From Antedon mediterranea (lineage: Eukaryota > Animalia > Echinodermata): a DNA stretch of 64,000 nt. Below are positions 14,301 through 25,662 of the stretch, piece after piece. Every line of letters starts with the position of its first letter. Position 1 is the stretch's first letter. The stretch lies in assembly GCF_964355755.1 (NCBI RefSeq), contig NC_092679.1, forward strand, positions 2,820,201-2,884,200, written 5' to 3'. The notes below the pieces were generated by a model. That model had not been told where the DNA came from and made no database searches. It saw only the letters and a list, made by a program, of their open reading frames with translations. A program made the position numbers and the translations under genes.

Positions 14301-17300
14301 TAACCTCACTGTCAACTAGTTCGTTCTCTAGCCCTTGGATATATTGGAACTCTACACCCAACCCTACAAATATCAACAATAAAATATATATAAGTTAACA
14401 TAGCCTAGGTAATCTCTTTATTTACCATGTAAGTCCTGACAATAGAGTAATATAAATCTGGATTTGTATGGATAAATAAGTTGTTTTTCGATTTTTTTTT
14501 AAACCAATTTGTGTACCATGGTTACACACTATGTACTACTGAAATTTAGCTTTTGGCAAAAATAAAATATTTTGACTTAATAGCATTGACATTTAAAAAC
14601 AATATTATTATTACTCACTTATTAAGTATTACCATGGTTACATATTGTAGTTCTGGTCATTTATTTTAGAAATAATATTAATATTAGAGATGCGTTAGTA
14701 AAATCATTTTTTAGTGTGGCATTATTAATTGTAACCATGGTAACGTTGAATCTTCATTACTTGGACACAGTTTTATTCTTAAAAGCAATTTTATTCTTAT
14801 TATTGTTATTTTGTACATATTTTAATCAACATAATTATAATTTAAAAAAGAATAATATGGTAACACTGAATAAATTAAATTATTCAATTCATTTAATTAT
14901 ATTGATTTTAATAACCTTTTGACCTTTGTTTATTATTAGTTTTTTTTGTTATAAGTTCATTAAAAATTGAGAATATAAACTATTTATTTTCATTAATTGA
15001 AATTTATTAAATAAATAATTTGTAATTTTTAATAATAATAAATAAAATGAATTGTAATATTTCTTTTATTTTCAGCAAAACACGAGGTTTAAACTTCAAT
15101 TTTCCACAGAAGAAAGGCAGCGGACTTGAGAGAATGTTATCACATGCGTCTCCAGAAAGCGTTGAACTTATCTACCAGTGTTGTACGTATGATCCAGATG
15201 ATAGGATCACGGCGAAACAAGCCCTGAAACACTCGTATTTCAAAGAGTTACGGTTAGTCTATTTCCCCGAAACCAGACCCTGTTTTTCCGAGAAATTCTT
15301 TTTACATAATATTATTAAAGATGTGTTGTCCCCACCACCCCCACAAAAAAAATGAAGATTAATTTAAAGAGATTTTGAAAAGGCCATTTCGCAGTTTTAA
15401 TAATGTTAATCACTACCACAGAAAACAAAATTTTCACTTATAAAAAGACAAATAAACGGTTAAATTCAACCAAAAACCCATTGAATTTCAATCAATTTGA
15501 CTATTTCTTTGCGTTAAGTTAAATTTTTTTTAGATCTAATTTTTGGTCAAAGTAAACAAATATTATGTGACAAAAAAATAGGATTTGGGATTCAAATCAG
15601 AAAATTTCAGAGAAATGTATATTTTTTAGGTTAAATATAATTTTGGTTGATTTTATAACGTCGTGAGATATATTTATAGTGAATGTAGAATGCATAGCAT
15701 TCCAACTCTTGTAGCCACATTATATTAAGCATGATTTCTGATTATTATTTTGATTAAAATAATTATCATTTTATAATTGGATGATGTACCTGTATCAAGG
15801 TCACTATAAATTATCTTGCAATTATCAATGTATTGACAAGATTGTGCAATTATGTTGTCAATAGATACAGCCATGTAAAGATAAGCACTTTATTGTGCTA
15901 ATGTTGCCCACAGGTACATCAATTATTAAGCTTGGTTCACACTAGATTTGCAACACAAGGACGTTGACGCAACGCAAGTAAGTTGATCAATGACAAGCAG
16001 CAGTTTGAATAATCCATGGCTTGTGATTGGTCAAATCACTTATGTTGCATCTACATCCTTGCGTTGCGCCTCTAAACAGTAAAAAACAAAGTATAGTATA
16101 TCATTATCTTGATTCACACCATTTTTGAGTTGATTTTTTAGAATATTTTGTCAATATTTATTATTAATTCCACGCTTCCTGGTACAATAGAAAATATAAC
16201 TGAAAAAACTGAAACTGAATAATTGACTTATACCCTTTTTACAACTTGTAACAACTTGTAACCAGGTTTGCATAGTGTGAATACAATTTTGTGAAAAATC
16301 TCCCGAGATTTCACAGAGGTCACACTGATGAGAGACCTGATTTTGTTCCAAGATGTTCCAAGTTCTTACTGCTCGTGCGTGTATTGCCCTGGTATTAAAC
16401 TGACCAATCATAGTAATCAAATAGCGCGCAGCTACACTTTCCTTCCAATATTTCTCAGGGTTCGTGTATACGTGTATGAAAACGTGTAATAAATTGGGAG
16501 AGTTTTATGCAGATGTGAAAAGGGTATTGTTCTTTTTTTTTGTTCTTTTTGTTCAGTAAAAATTGATAAATATAGCAACCCTAATATTATTCATACAGAG
16601 ATGCAGAAATTAAAAAGCATCGATTAGCCAAGCTAGAGCAAGAAAAAGATGAAAAGAACGAGAGAAGGGTATCTCAAGTTAGTACAGAACCCACCACTAC
16701 TACTCACATCTCAGTAATAGACCCAGTACAGCAAAGTATTCAGCGACGAAGGGTAAGTAAAAACAAACAGCTTTCAATATTCAGTTCCTATTGTAAAGCT
16801 CTGTCTACACTATCAAACAATAAATTTGTGCCCAAATATGGTAGTGATATGCCCAAATATGGTAGTGATATGACATCATAATGTCCATATATGGGCACAT
16901 CACATTTTTTTATCACATAAAATTTGATAGTGTAGACAAAGTTTTAGACTTGGTGAAAGACTGAAGGTGTGTGACTCCGACTGAAGGTGTGTGACCCCGA
17001 CAGAAGTTGTGTGACCCCAACTGAAGATGTGTGACACCGACAGAAGTTGTGTGACCCCAACTGAAGGTGTGTGACCCCGAATGAAGTTGTGTGACCCCAA
17101 CTGAAGGTGTGTGACCCCACCCACCTCCACCCAACATAATCACATGACATATTTTCTGTTACAGCGAAGAGTAAGACGCAATTATGAAGATAGCAATTCT
17201 AATTTCCACGGCGGTCTACTACCGAAGGTGAACACCGGCGAGTCAGGCGTCAATCATAGTTTTAATACATTCCAAAAAACGGGATTTCATTCCAGCGCAT

Positions 17301-17755
17301 TACCAAAGATTCACGCACCGAGCATGCTACCGAGTTTAGCAAACACGCACTACAACCGACACCACCACCATCCAAAAAAGGTAATGATGCTATGATATTA
17401 TTATACAGGTGTTCCTACAGTAACAACTGTGACCCTACAAAAGTATAAATCAATTGAGGCTGCTATTTCGTAGGCAGATAAACACACAACTTGTTGATAA
17501 TGAAAATCAAAACTAATTTAAATAACCCACAGTTTGAAATAAGGAACACTCATTTGAACTTAAATGTTTTTGCCTAAGATTTTGCATCAAATTTTGAAAG
17601 AGTTGACAGCGCTCTGTGTTACACCACTAACCATCAATATAATTTTTTACATTTTTCTTTCTTTATAGACAACACAGTATAAACCCCCAACAAAGAACAT
17701 GTATGGTCACTACCAATTGCCGTCAATCACAAAAAGCAAAGGAGCGGGCTTTTAA
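5336..17755 (+). CDS. MOK: MAPK/MAK/MRK-overlapping kinase (MOK/RAGE1), complete, 13 coding exons
   Basis: Exons 5336(or ATG 5363)-5369, 6052-6166, 6275-6364, 7460-7530, 10072-10150, 10763-10811, 11610-11695, 12294-12386, 13982-14083, 15076-15252, 16599-16752, 17165-17380, 17669-17755. Motifs [78 protein letters not shown] (TEY loop), PLFPGSNEVDQI and FNFPQKKGSG follow vertebrate MOK closely. The last three exons are supported by splice sites and frame only. Confidence 0.95.
5673..5834. mobile_element. MITE in MOK intron 1
   Basis: TIRs AAGGTTTATCGCAAATAG / CTATTTGCAATAAACCTT, flanked by AT on both sides. Confidence 0.65.
6510..6770 (-). mobile_element. RTE-clade LINE 3' fragment in MOK intron 3
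   Basis: Minus strand reads KLQYFGHIARRDGDSMEKMIMFGKVEGKRKKGRQRLRWIDGI...AQDRQEWR, the typical RTE C-terminus, followed by a short ACG-repeat tail. Confidence 0.85.
7504..7948 (+). repeat. 30-bp tandem array derived from the MOK exon 4 3' end and splice donor
   Basis: Unit ATATGAATATTTATGAATTAATACGAGGTA; one exonic copy plus about 14 intronic copies. Confidence 0.97.
8064..8224. mobile_element. MITE family A copy in MOK intron 4
   Basis: Both TIRs intact, TAA/TTA flanks. Confidence 0.88.
10325..10472 (-). mobile_element. tRNA-derived SINE remnant
   Basis: Minus strand GGGGTTGTAGCTTGGTGGTTAACATGCCTGCCTTCAAATCCCAAGGTCTGGGGTTCAATCCTG has A-box and B-box-like motifs; no intact cloverleaf; internal 16-bp duplication. 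Confidence 0.6.
11772..11798. mobile_element. 27-bp hairpin insertion with 7-bp TSD (P-element-like footprint)
   Basis: GTCCAAA-CATGGAGAAATAAGTTATTTCTCCATG-GTCCAAA, inside a family A MITE whose other copies carry the target site once. Confidence 0.75.
13573..13876. mobile_element. Kolobok-like MITE
   Basis: TIRs AGATGTATTGTCCCCC / GGGGGACAATGCATCT, TTAA on the right flank; partial related copies near 15317-15580 and 9570-9654. Confidence 0.65.
16959..17119. repeat. 20-bp minisatellite just upstream of MOK exon 12
   Basis: About 8 copies of ACTGAAGGTGTGTGACCCC(A/G), with alternating variants. Confidence 0.92.
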
Positions 17756-20218
17756 ACAAGTATTACTACAACTAACGCAATTGTTGAACAAATTCCTCTA
17801 TGCATATAAGGAGACTGGAGATTATGTGCAAGTGCAAAAACTTAGCATTAAGCTCTGTCTACACTATCAAACTAGTTTAACTAAAACAGTATGGTGTGAC
17901 CAAATATGGTAGTGATATACCCAAATATGGTAGTGGTATGATATCATTTCCATATATGGGCACATCACATTTTGTTGTCACATAAAGTTTGATAGTGTAG
18001 ACAGAACTGTAATAATTGTATATATTGTTTTTTTAAGTAAATGCAGTTTTGTGTATAAAAAACTATTGCAAAGTTTTAGAACAAATATATTTTATTATAT
18101 TTTCTGTTGTGATTGCTAAAGGCTTTCAAATATTTAAAAATAAACATAAATGAGTTTTCCTCTGCCAAGAGACTTCCTTTTAAAATAAGGTTTTGAGAAT
18201 GTCTTTCATTTAATAACCGTTAACATGATGATAATGAAGCTGTGTGGTGTACAAATTAAAAAATACAGTACATTATTATGTAAATATAACAATTATTGAA
18301 TTAAAATTTATTTTTATGTAACAAAAAAACGATTCCACTTGCAGTGGACAATATTTACTGCATTGTATTAGTGGGATACCAGATTTTTGGTAGAACAACA
18401 CCTGAAATTGCTTCTAAATTTCAGACGATACCTTTATTTCGGATTCTTGTGATTTAATGTTGGTATTTTGGACACACCAAATTAAGTCACTAGTTTGTTT
18501 ATTTTTAAGACTTGGTATATGTACGTAATTGCGCCGTGGTTGTAACCCGCCATTTACTTGGCATATCTGAACATGTTCTATGTCACATAACACCTAAATA
18601 AATTTCTGTTATATGATTGGCCGTCTGTCGACCAAATAGTGTGCAATAGTACGCACTATTTAACGATCATTAAATAGTACCTTTTTTCTCTATTAATTGA
18701 CCATTGTTTACCACCTTAAACAGTAAGAAAACTCTATTCCAATGTGTTCCCACCTTTTTACCTAATACTTTACAGTAAAACCCTTATTAAGAAGACACCA
18801 AAGTGTCCCATTAATTAGAGTTCCCTGACTAAAGCGTTGGCCGTAGTGTTAAAACCAAAATTGCCTTTATTTTATTACTCTGGAAAGTGTCGGCATAGTA
18901 GAGTGTCATCTTAATAGTCTTAGTAGGCGTGGCTCCTTAATAGGGATGTTGCCAATAATAGGGTGTCTCAAAAGGCGCTGTTCTACTTAGTTGTTACTAC
19001 AACATCATATTATATTAATTTGTTTTACTGTAGAAGAGTATGAGGCAATTATTGCAATGTGTACAGTGTGTATTATTACACAATAATAGCATAAAGGTTG
19101 AAGAGTGGACAGAAAGTAGTTACTGCAGTAACTGCAATAAAATAAAGTTTGCATGGTCCCTTATTTAATTTTAATAATTCAAAGCAAGTTTCCTTTTATT
19201 TTCAGTAAAAACTCCTTGAAATTTTATTTCCAAATACACTGTGTGTGAAAAGCTGTTTAGGTTTTTAGTTGATAATTGCCTCTTCCGTCTCTTTCTATTA
19301 AGTTTTAGAGTTTTGTACAGTATTTATAATATACTGTAGTAATGTTTTATTTTTGTAAAAATAATTGAAGTAATAATAAATAATTCTAGGTGCAATTTAA
19401 TCTTCCTAATAATTCAATTTCAATTTACAGTAATGTTGCTTGATTTACAATGTTATTTTCCTATACAAATTACTGAAACAGTTGAACCTATATTCAGGAC
19501 CAAAACGGTTTCCATGACAAGGTGTCTTCTTTGAGGTTGACCACCTTGTTTTGTTATTAAGATAATAGGGATCCATATGTATTGACCTTATAGTAAAATA
19601 ATACCTATGAATTTACTAATTTCTTTCAAACATTACTATTACAGGACTGCTAGGCTGTACAGTAAGACAGCAACCAAATTTATTTCATTTATACATTCAC
19701 AAAATGTTATCAATTTGTTTAAAGCTGTCACCATAGGGTGGTCCTTTAATATAGGAGTGTTACTAGGAATGGTAAAATATTGCTTGTAGACTAGCAGAAA
19801 TGGTCACTTAACAGAGTACTACTGTACTGTATAATATGTTATAATCCACTCTTTCAGAACAAAGTGTAATATTGAATGTTATGCAATTTTTAATGTTTAA
19901 ATCCCCTTAATTCTGTTGACCTGAATCCACCTTGATGTTATATACCCTTAATATTTTAAAAGAATTACATTTTATTTCATTTGCTTAGGTCTACATGAAT
20001 ATTAAATTAAGGCGTCTGTAATTATTATCTCATTGATATAAATGCATTGTGTAATAAACTATGAAATTAATTTATTTGTACAGTTCTAAATTATTTTGTA
20101 ATAAAACTTTTAGAGTAGTTAAAAAAATGACAGTAAAAATCAAAACACATCAAATTCATACTCTCTGTAGACTTGCCCAAAGTCCACCAGTTTTGATTTT
20201 TGTCTAGAGAGAGCTCAG

Positions 20219-20386
20219 GTATTATACATATGAAATGCCATATGTGGTAAAATATTATAATATTTTTTTACCAATATTAAGTTGAAATTCAGTCTAAAAC
20301 CAAGTATTATACATATGAAATGCCATATGTGGTAAAATATTATAATATTTTTTTACCAATATTAAGTTGAAATTCAGTCTAAAACC
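20219..20386. repeat. Perfect tandem duplication (85-bp period) in the DNPH1 3' flank
   Basis: GTATTATACATATGAAATGCC...CAGTCTAAAACC at 20219-20301 and 20304-20386. Confidence 0.9.
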
Positions 20387-20538
20387 TATTAACCTTTCGG
20401 CAATTAAAAGAGTCAGTTGCGACATTGAAAGTCGCTAGTGTAACTACTGTAGTAAACAACATAAAGTAAAGCGCAAACAGACAGACTGTACTTCATTAAT
20501 TTATTCAAAATAAAAGTATAATCAAGCTACAATCTCAT

Positions 20539-23500
20539 TCAAGAAAAAAACTGTTTAAATATTTCAGATGCTTGAGTTTCTTCGTAATTCTTTACTACAA
20601 AATTAGAACCATTGTTTGCACCTGCTATCATGGCAGAAAGATCTGAAACAAAACAAATTGTTGTTAAAAAAAACTCTGATAAAATATAGAGGGGGCTATA
20701 AAGGTTATTGCATATACCATGTTTGTATATAATATTTTACTCTTTCAAAAGACCTAATATTGTCGTCATAGTCTAGCTTACGTTTTCCACTTTCAGGTCT
20801 GAAAAGGCACAAAATCTTTTTGTTGAGTGCAACTGCTCGGCCAATCTCATATCCTACGCCAAGGGAAGGCTGCGTCACCTCGGCAACAATAGCTGCAAAA
20901 TGTAAATAATTCAAACATTAAATTTGTTTTATTCTTGTACTGTTTTAGTAGGGATAACGATGCAAAATTAAATTTTGTTATTTTTAAACCAATTTAAATA
21001 TTATATGTTAGTATTTTGTTTCAATATTCCAATAAAGAAAGAATTACGAAAATCTGACTTGTAGTTTTCGAAATATAGGGTCTAAAACATCGCCGAAAAT
21101 GATCGTTTTTGGCCACGAACGTTGTAAACAAATTGCGCCCTCAGTCGACAATTGTATGAACCACACCGTTTTTCGCTAAAATAATTACATATAATTACGT
21201 TTTATAGTAATTTATTTTATATATCAACATTGGAAATATCAATAAAATATATTATTAAATGTTTACAAAATATATAAAGTTGTTTATTTAACGGAATTCG
21301 TACAAATTCATTGCTCTAAATTTGTGTAGTAACGATCAGTACAGACAGACCATGTGACTTCGCAGTACACGCGAGAGAAAACATTCCGCTGTGGGTGATT
21401 CGCGTCCACCAATCAAATAGCCAGAATCCAAAATCATTCAACCGTGAGCTCTGCCGATCGCGGGAAATCTCAGCTTTGATTGGATTACGATGACATCATA
21501 TCACAAAATGGTGGTTTTGTAGTTGAGCCTCACATAATTTTCACAATTTTATTTCAAAAATGAAATAAATAGACCTTCTTTATGGTATGTCTGATTTTTC
21601 TCTAAAAGATTTGAATAATAAAGGCTTCATATCGAGAAAAAACCGTTTTTTTGGCACTTATAATAAATATTTCTCAGAGAAAAAAGCACATGGCATGTAG
21701 AACTATATTATCTTGGCGTAGGAAGACAAACAAATCCCAGGTCATGAGAGGCTCAACTACAAAAACAAGGTTGAATAGGCAGTCGAGCAGCAAAGTGCTC
21801 ATTTAACCGTTAAAACGCTGTTTTTTAACTGCGCAGGTCACTGAGCATCGCCAAGTTATAGTGACTTCCGGTTCGCTTTTCACTTCGCGGCAAGCATTTT
21901 GCATGGGAATACCCTTACAAATCTGCTGCAATTTCCACCATCCGGGTTAAATTATATCTTTCTATATTTGGAAATTGTTACTCCTAATATGGAAGATTAT
22001 TCCCGCCACAAAATTTTGGTATAAATAGCCCAGGAAATGACGACAGAGCTTATTGAAGAAAAAAGTGCAGATGGAGGTGTTCGTTGAGGTAGGCTACATG
22101 ATTTATTTGTTTGGTTTCGTAGGGAATCCGGCACTTTTCTCATCAGCACGGAACCTTTATAAAAACTTAGTGGTTGGTTATTAGGTTATTAATCTATCTT
22201 TTCTGAAAGTTTAAGCTTGGTTCAGCTTGTGGGACGGATTCAATATCCGTTCAAAGCTGGGGATATATTCTAAGCAGACTCCATCTTGGATTCGTATGTT
22301 TAGTACAGGCCGTGTGGTTGAGTAATTTCAATCCTTCAAAATCACTATGTGCAATCCGTTTTTAAACCAATTAATATACCAAAATATGTTATTAGTAGCT
22401 TTATTATTTTGGATTTGGTGCTAGTTTGGTAAATATTGCAATATAATTGTAGATTATTTGGTTGTAAAAAAATGTACCCAACTTGTAGTATTATCTAGGC
22501 CTAGGCTAGGCCTAGCCCATTTGACGGAAACCCAGTGCTATTTGTTGGCGGATAGAGAGGGCCGCAGGCTAGTTTTTAGTGGCATATCGCCGACTTATTA
22601 TAATCAATGTGAAGCCATATTATTATTATGTTTAAAATGTTGAATCTATATCCACTGGATTATGGATATATATCGTCGGATATTTAAAGAAAGGCCTAGT
22701 TTAATTTAGGACTATATTACGGGAAATTCTTTGCCAAAGAAAAGAAAATACGTTGTGGCTGTTGGAGGTTTGTAAATATATGACAATAATGTAGCCTAGG
22801 CTAGGAAGGACTGTATGTAGGTAGGAATGAGGTAATTTGGATGGTCGTACATATGATATTTATATATACAGTATTGTGTATAGTAGTGATCATGGCGACA
22901 AAATTTAGGATGACTAAAGTCGACATTAAAATTATTTAACTATGAATAGCTCATTATTGGTGTTTTTTTTTTCTTTCAGGTTTCTAAGAATAAACTATCC
23001 GACTTGTGATTCATCTTGTGCTGCAAAAACAATCCTATTTTGATATTTGTAAATTGATGTACGTAACAGATGTCTTTAAAAATAAAAAAAAAATAAAAAT
23101 TTTTATTATCGCGATGATTAAACTCAAATATTGACATATAACTTGATATTTTAGCCTGAGCAAGATAGTTTGATAGGCATATTTTACTTCGATGTAAATA
23201 AGATATTACATGTTATACTGTATGTAAAATACTTTTTTGTAAATAAAATTATTTAATGGTGGTTAATTTATTAACTTGTTAATTTGTTTGTTAGTTATGA
23301 TGTTATACTATTAATTATTTAGTTATTTAGTAACCAAATAATAATAATATTTACTTCTTCTTGGATAAAGTTAAAGCAAAATAAGCAATAATAAAAATTA
23401 AATATTTATTTTGCCATAAAGAAAGCAAAAACTAAACATACAGTACTATATGTACAGTAATACCATGGACCTATAGGTCCATGGTAATACATACTGTAGT

Positions 23501-25258
23501 ATTGAGCACCAGTAGCAGAGACGTCTGGACAATCGAATATAATCGTTATCAGCTGTCTGGGTACCCAAGGCTAGTGCTAGAAAATGGCGAAAATTCGTGT
23601 ATTCATTCGCCGTCAGCGAAATGAATCCGGCACTTTTCTCATCAGAAGCAAATCAACAAATCCTTTTATCAGTTTGTTTTGATATATAATCTGGATAATA
23701 TATATTAAAATGGCCTTGGTTCAAGCATGTTTAACAGGTAAAATCAGATTTTTTCCTACCTAGGCCCCTTAGCACTGCGGTACCCTACGCCGTGTGGGGG
23801 AACCGATCTCGGCAGTATTTCTTAAGTAGCCTATCTTTCGTAAAATCCTTAGTTGAATTTTATTAATATAAATTTAATTGTATGAATATGCTATTTAAAT
23901 GTTATTGAAATTTTTTTTTGCTGCATTTTGTAATTCCGCACTACTTGCTTTATCGCGATTCCAAGATGGCGGCAATTCAAATTTTGATTTGGTAATAATT
24001 CGCGAGGTCAACCACTTTGCTGCCCGACTGTAGGGTTAGGTCACTGGACCGTTCGAAGGTTTTTGAGTAAACAATCTACCGCGTATGGTCGTACGCGCTA
24101 GACAGTAAGATATTTTAACCACATTTTTTACATGTTTGGTTGAATGTAATGAAGATAAAAAATAGTTGATCTTATGGAATGATATGTAAATAAATAAATA
24201 CTCAAAAGAATTATGTTTACAGTTCAATTATTTTCAGAATAATACTACATAAAAATGTGTTTACCAATGGACAAATAATCGCGTCAATGACATAGCGCGC
24301 ATGGTAACGTACGCGAAGTTGAATCGTGGCAATAACAATGGAGTCAACTCTCGGTAACCCTAGTTTTAGTGTTAGAGGTGCAATAGTGTTTGGTGGTCCA
24401 ATAGTGCTTGGTGGTGCATTAGTGCTTGGTGGTGCAATAGTGCTTGGTGGTGCAATAGTGCTTGGTGGTGCAATAGTGCTTGGTGGTGCATTAGTGCTTG
24501 GTGGTGCATTAGTGCTTGGTGGTGCAATAGTGTTTGGTGGTGCATTAGTGCTTGGTGGTGCATTAGTGCTTGGTGGTGCAATAGTGTTTGGTGGTGCATT
24601 AGTGCTTGGTGGTGCATTAGTGCTTGGTGGTGCAATAGTGCTTGGTGGTGCATTAGTGCTTGGTGGTGCATTAGTGCTTGGTGGTGCATTAGTGCTTGGT
24701 GGTGCAATAGTGCTTGGTGGTGCAATAGTGTTTGGTGGTGCATTAGTGCTTAGTGGTGCAATAGTGCTTGGCAGTGCAATATAGTGCTTGGCGGTGCAAT
24801 GGTGCTTGGTGGTGCATTAGTGCTTGGTGGTGCAAAAGTGTTTGGAGGTGCAATAGTGTTTGGTGGACGCAGGCAGTCAATACTTGTTCTTGTTATCTCT
24901 TTATACTTTTTCTTCAAAACTTACCATCGCTTGATATCAACCAATCCATATCCCTGTCATGTATTCCTTTATCATCTAATTTTTCTATAATAAATAATTA
25001 ATATAAATTTGTATTTAAAAGAGTATGATGATATTCTGAGTATGTATGGGCTTAATTTAATAATATATGTAATCAGATTGATGTAATTGTTGAACAATGT
25101 TTCTAACCTTTTTCGAAGAGGTCTTTATCAGCAATGTGTTCAGTGAGAACTTCCCCATACTGCCTCAGGTTATTAATAAGTCTCTCATACAAGTCACGGT
25201 CATCTCTTCCTCCTCGAATGCTTCCACAGAAATAGATTTTCCTTGTCATTCTGATCAT
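20539..25258 (-). CDS. DNPH1: 2'-deoxynucleoside 5'-phosphate N-hydrolase 1 (Rcl), 4 coding exons
   Basis: Minus-strand exons 25258-25108 ([43 protein letters not shown]), 24984-24925 ([17 protein letters not shown]), 20892-20782 ([36 protein letters not shown]), 20642-20539 (LSAMIAGA...NYEE...*). [17 protein letters not shown] and LSAMI are DNPH1 signatures and the phases are consistent. Confidence 0.95.
20951..21914. mobile_element. Probable degenerate non-autonomous TIR element in the large DNPH1 intron
   Basis: Imperfect termini GGGATAACGATGCAAAAT / ATTTTGCATGGGAATACCC and an internal inverted pair GTTTTTGTAGTTGAGCCTC (~21513) / GAGGCTCAACTACAAAAAC (~21749); no clean TSD. Confidence 0.45.
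23464..23483. mobile_element. 20-bp perfect palindrome with 7-bp TSD (P-element-like footprint)
   Basis: GTAATAC-CATGGACCTATAGGTCCATG-GTAATAC. Confidence 0.72.
24376..24866. repeat. 18-bp minisatellite in a DNPH1 intron
   Basis: About 27 copies of GGTGGTGCA(A/T)TAGTG(C/T)TT, ending about 60 bp from the donor at 24925. Confidence 0.96.
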
Positions 25259-25662
25259 GGAAGGAGGCCCTCTAACTGCTGAATGAAAAATGAATGAAAT
25301 AAAATATCTTTTATTTTTAGTACACCCTACTACTATCTAGCCTAGGCCTAGTATAATATAAGTATACCACCTCCTCGGCGGCTCTTCTACCTAACTCTAC
25401 CTCTGACAATTGGTAAATAGTAATTATAGTTTAAGATTAAACTAGTCTTAATTCTGGAATCTTTATTCTTTATTTAATCGATTACTTAAACTTTTAAACA
25501 ACACAAAATGCATATTAAACATACCTTTTCTCAATACAGTAAATGTGATCACAAATTCCGCGCGAAAATGTAACGCTTGAACAAACAGAAACAATTTTTG
25601 CTGCCCTCTACCGCCATTACATACACGCGAGACGAGTAACAAAGGTCATACGCTAGTTTAAA
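25259..25662. promoter_or_regulatory. Bidirectional promoter/5'UTR region shared by DNPH1 and MAD2L1BP
   Basis: Divergent start codons about 400 bp apart; CpG-containing E2F-like motif CCGCGCGAAAA near 25558-25568; probable non-coding DNPH1 exon with a donor near 25520-25525. Confidence 0.6.

Noticed and set aside
16900-17150. Three overlapping minus-strand ORFs
   Set aside because: Stop-free frames produced by a 20-bp minisatellite and an adjacent MITE.
24326-25001. GGALVL- and HHQALM-repeat ORFs as proteins
   Set aside because: They arise from an 18-bp minisatellite inside a DNPH1 intron, with no independent gene structure visible.
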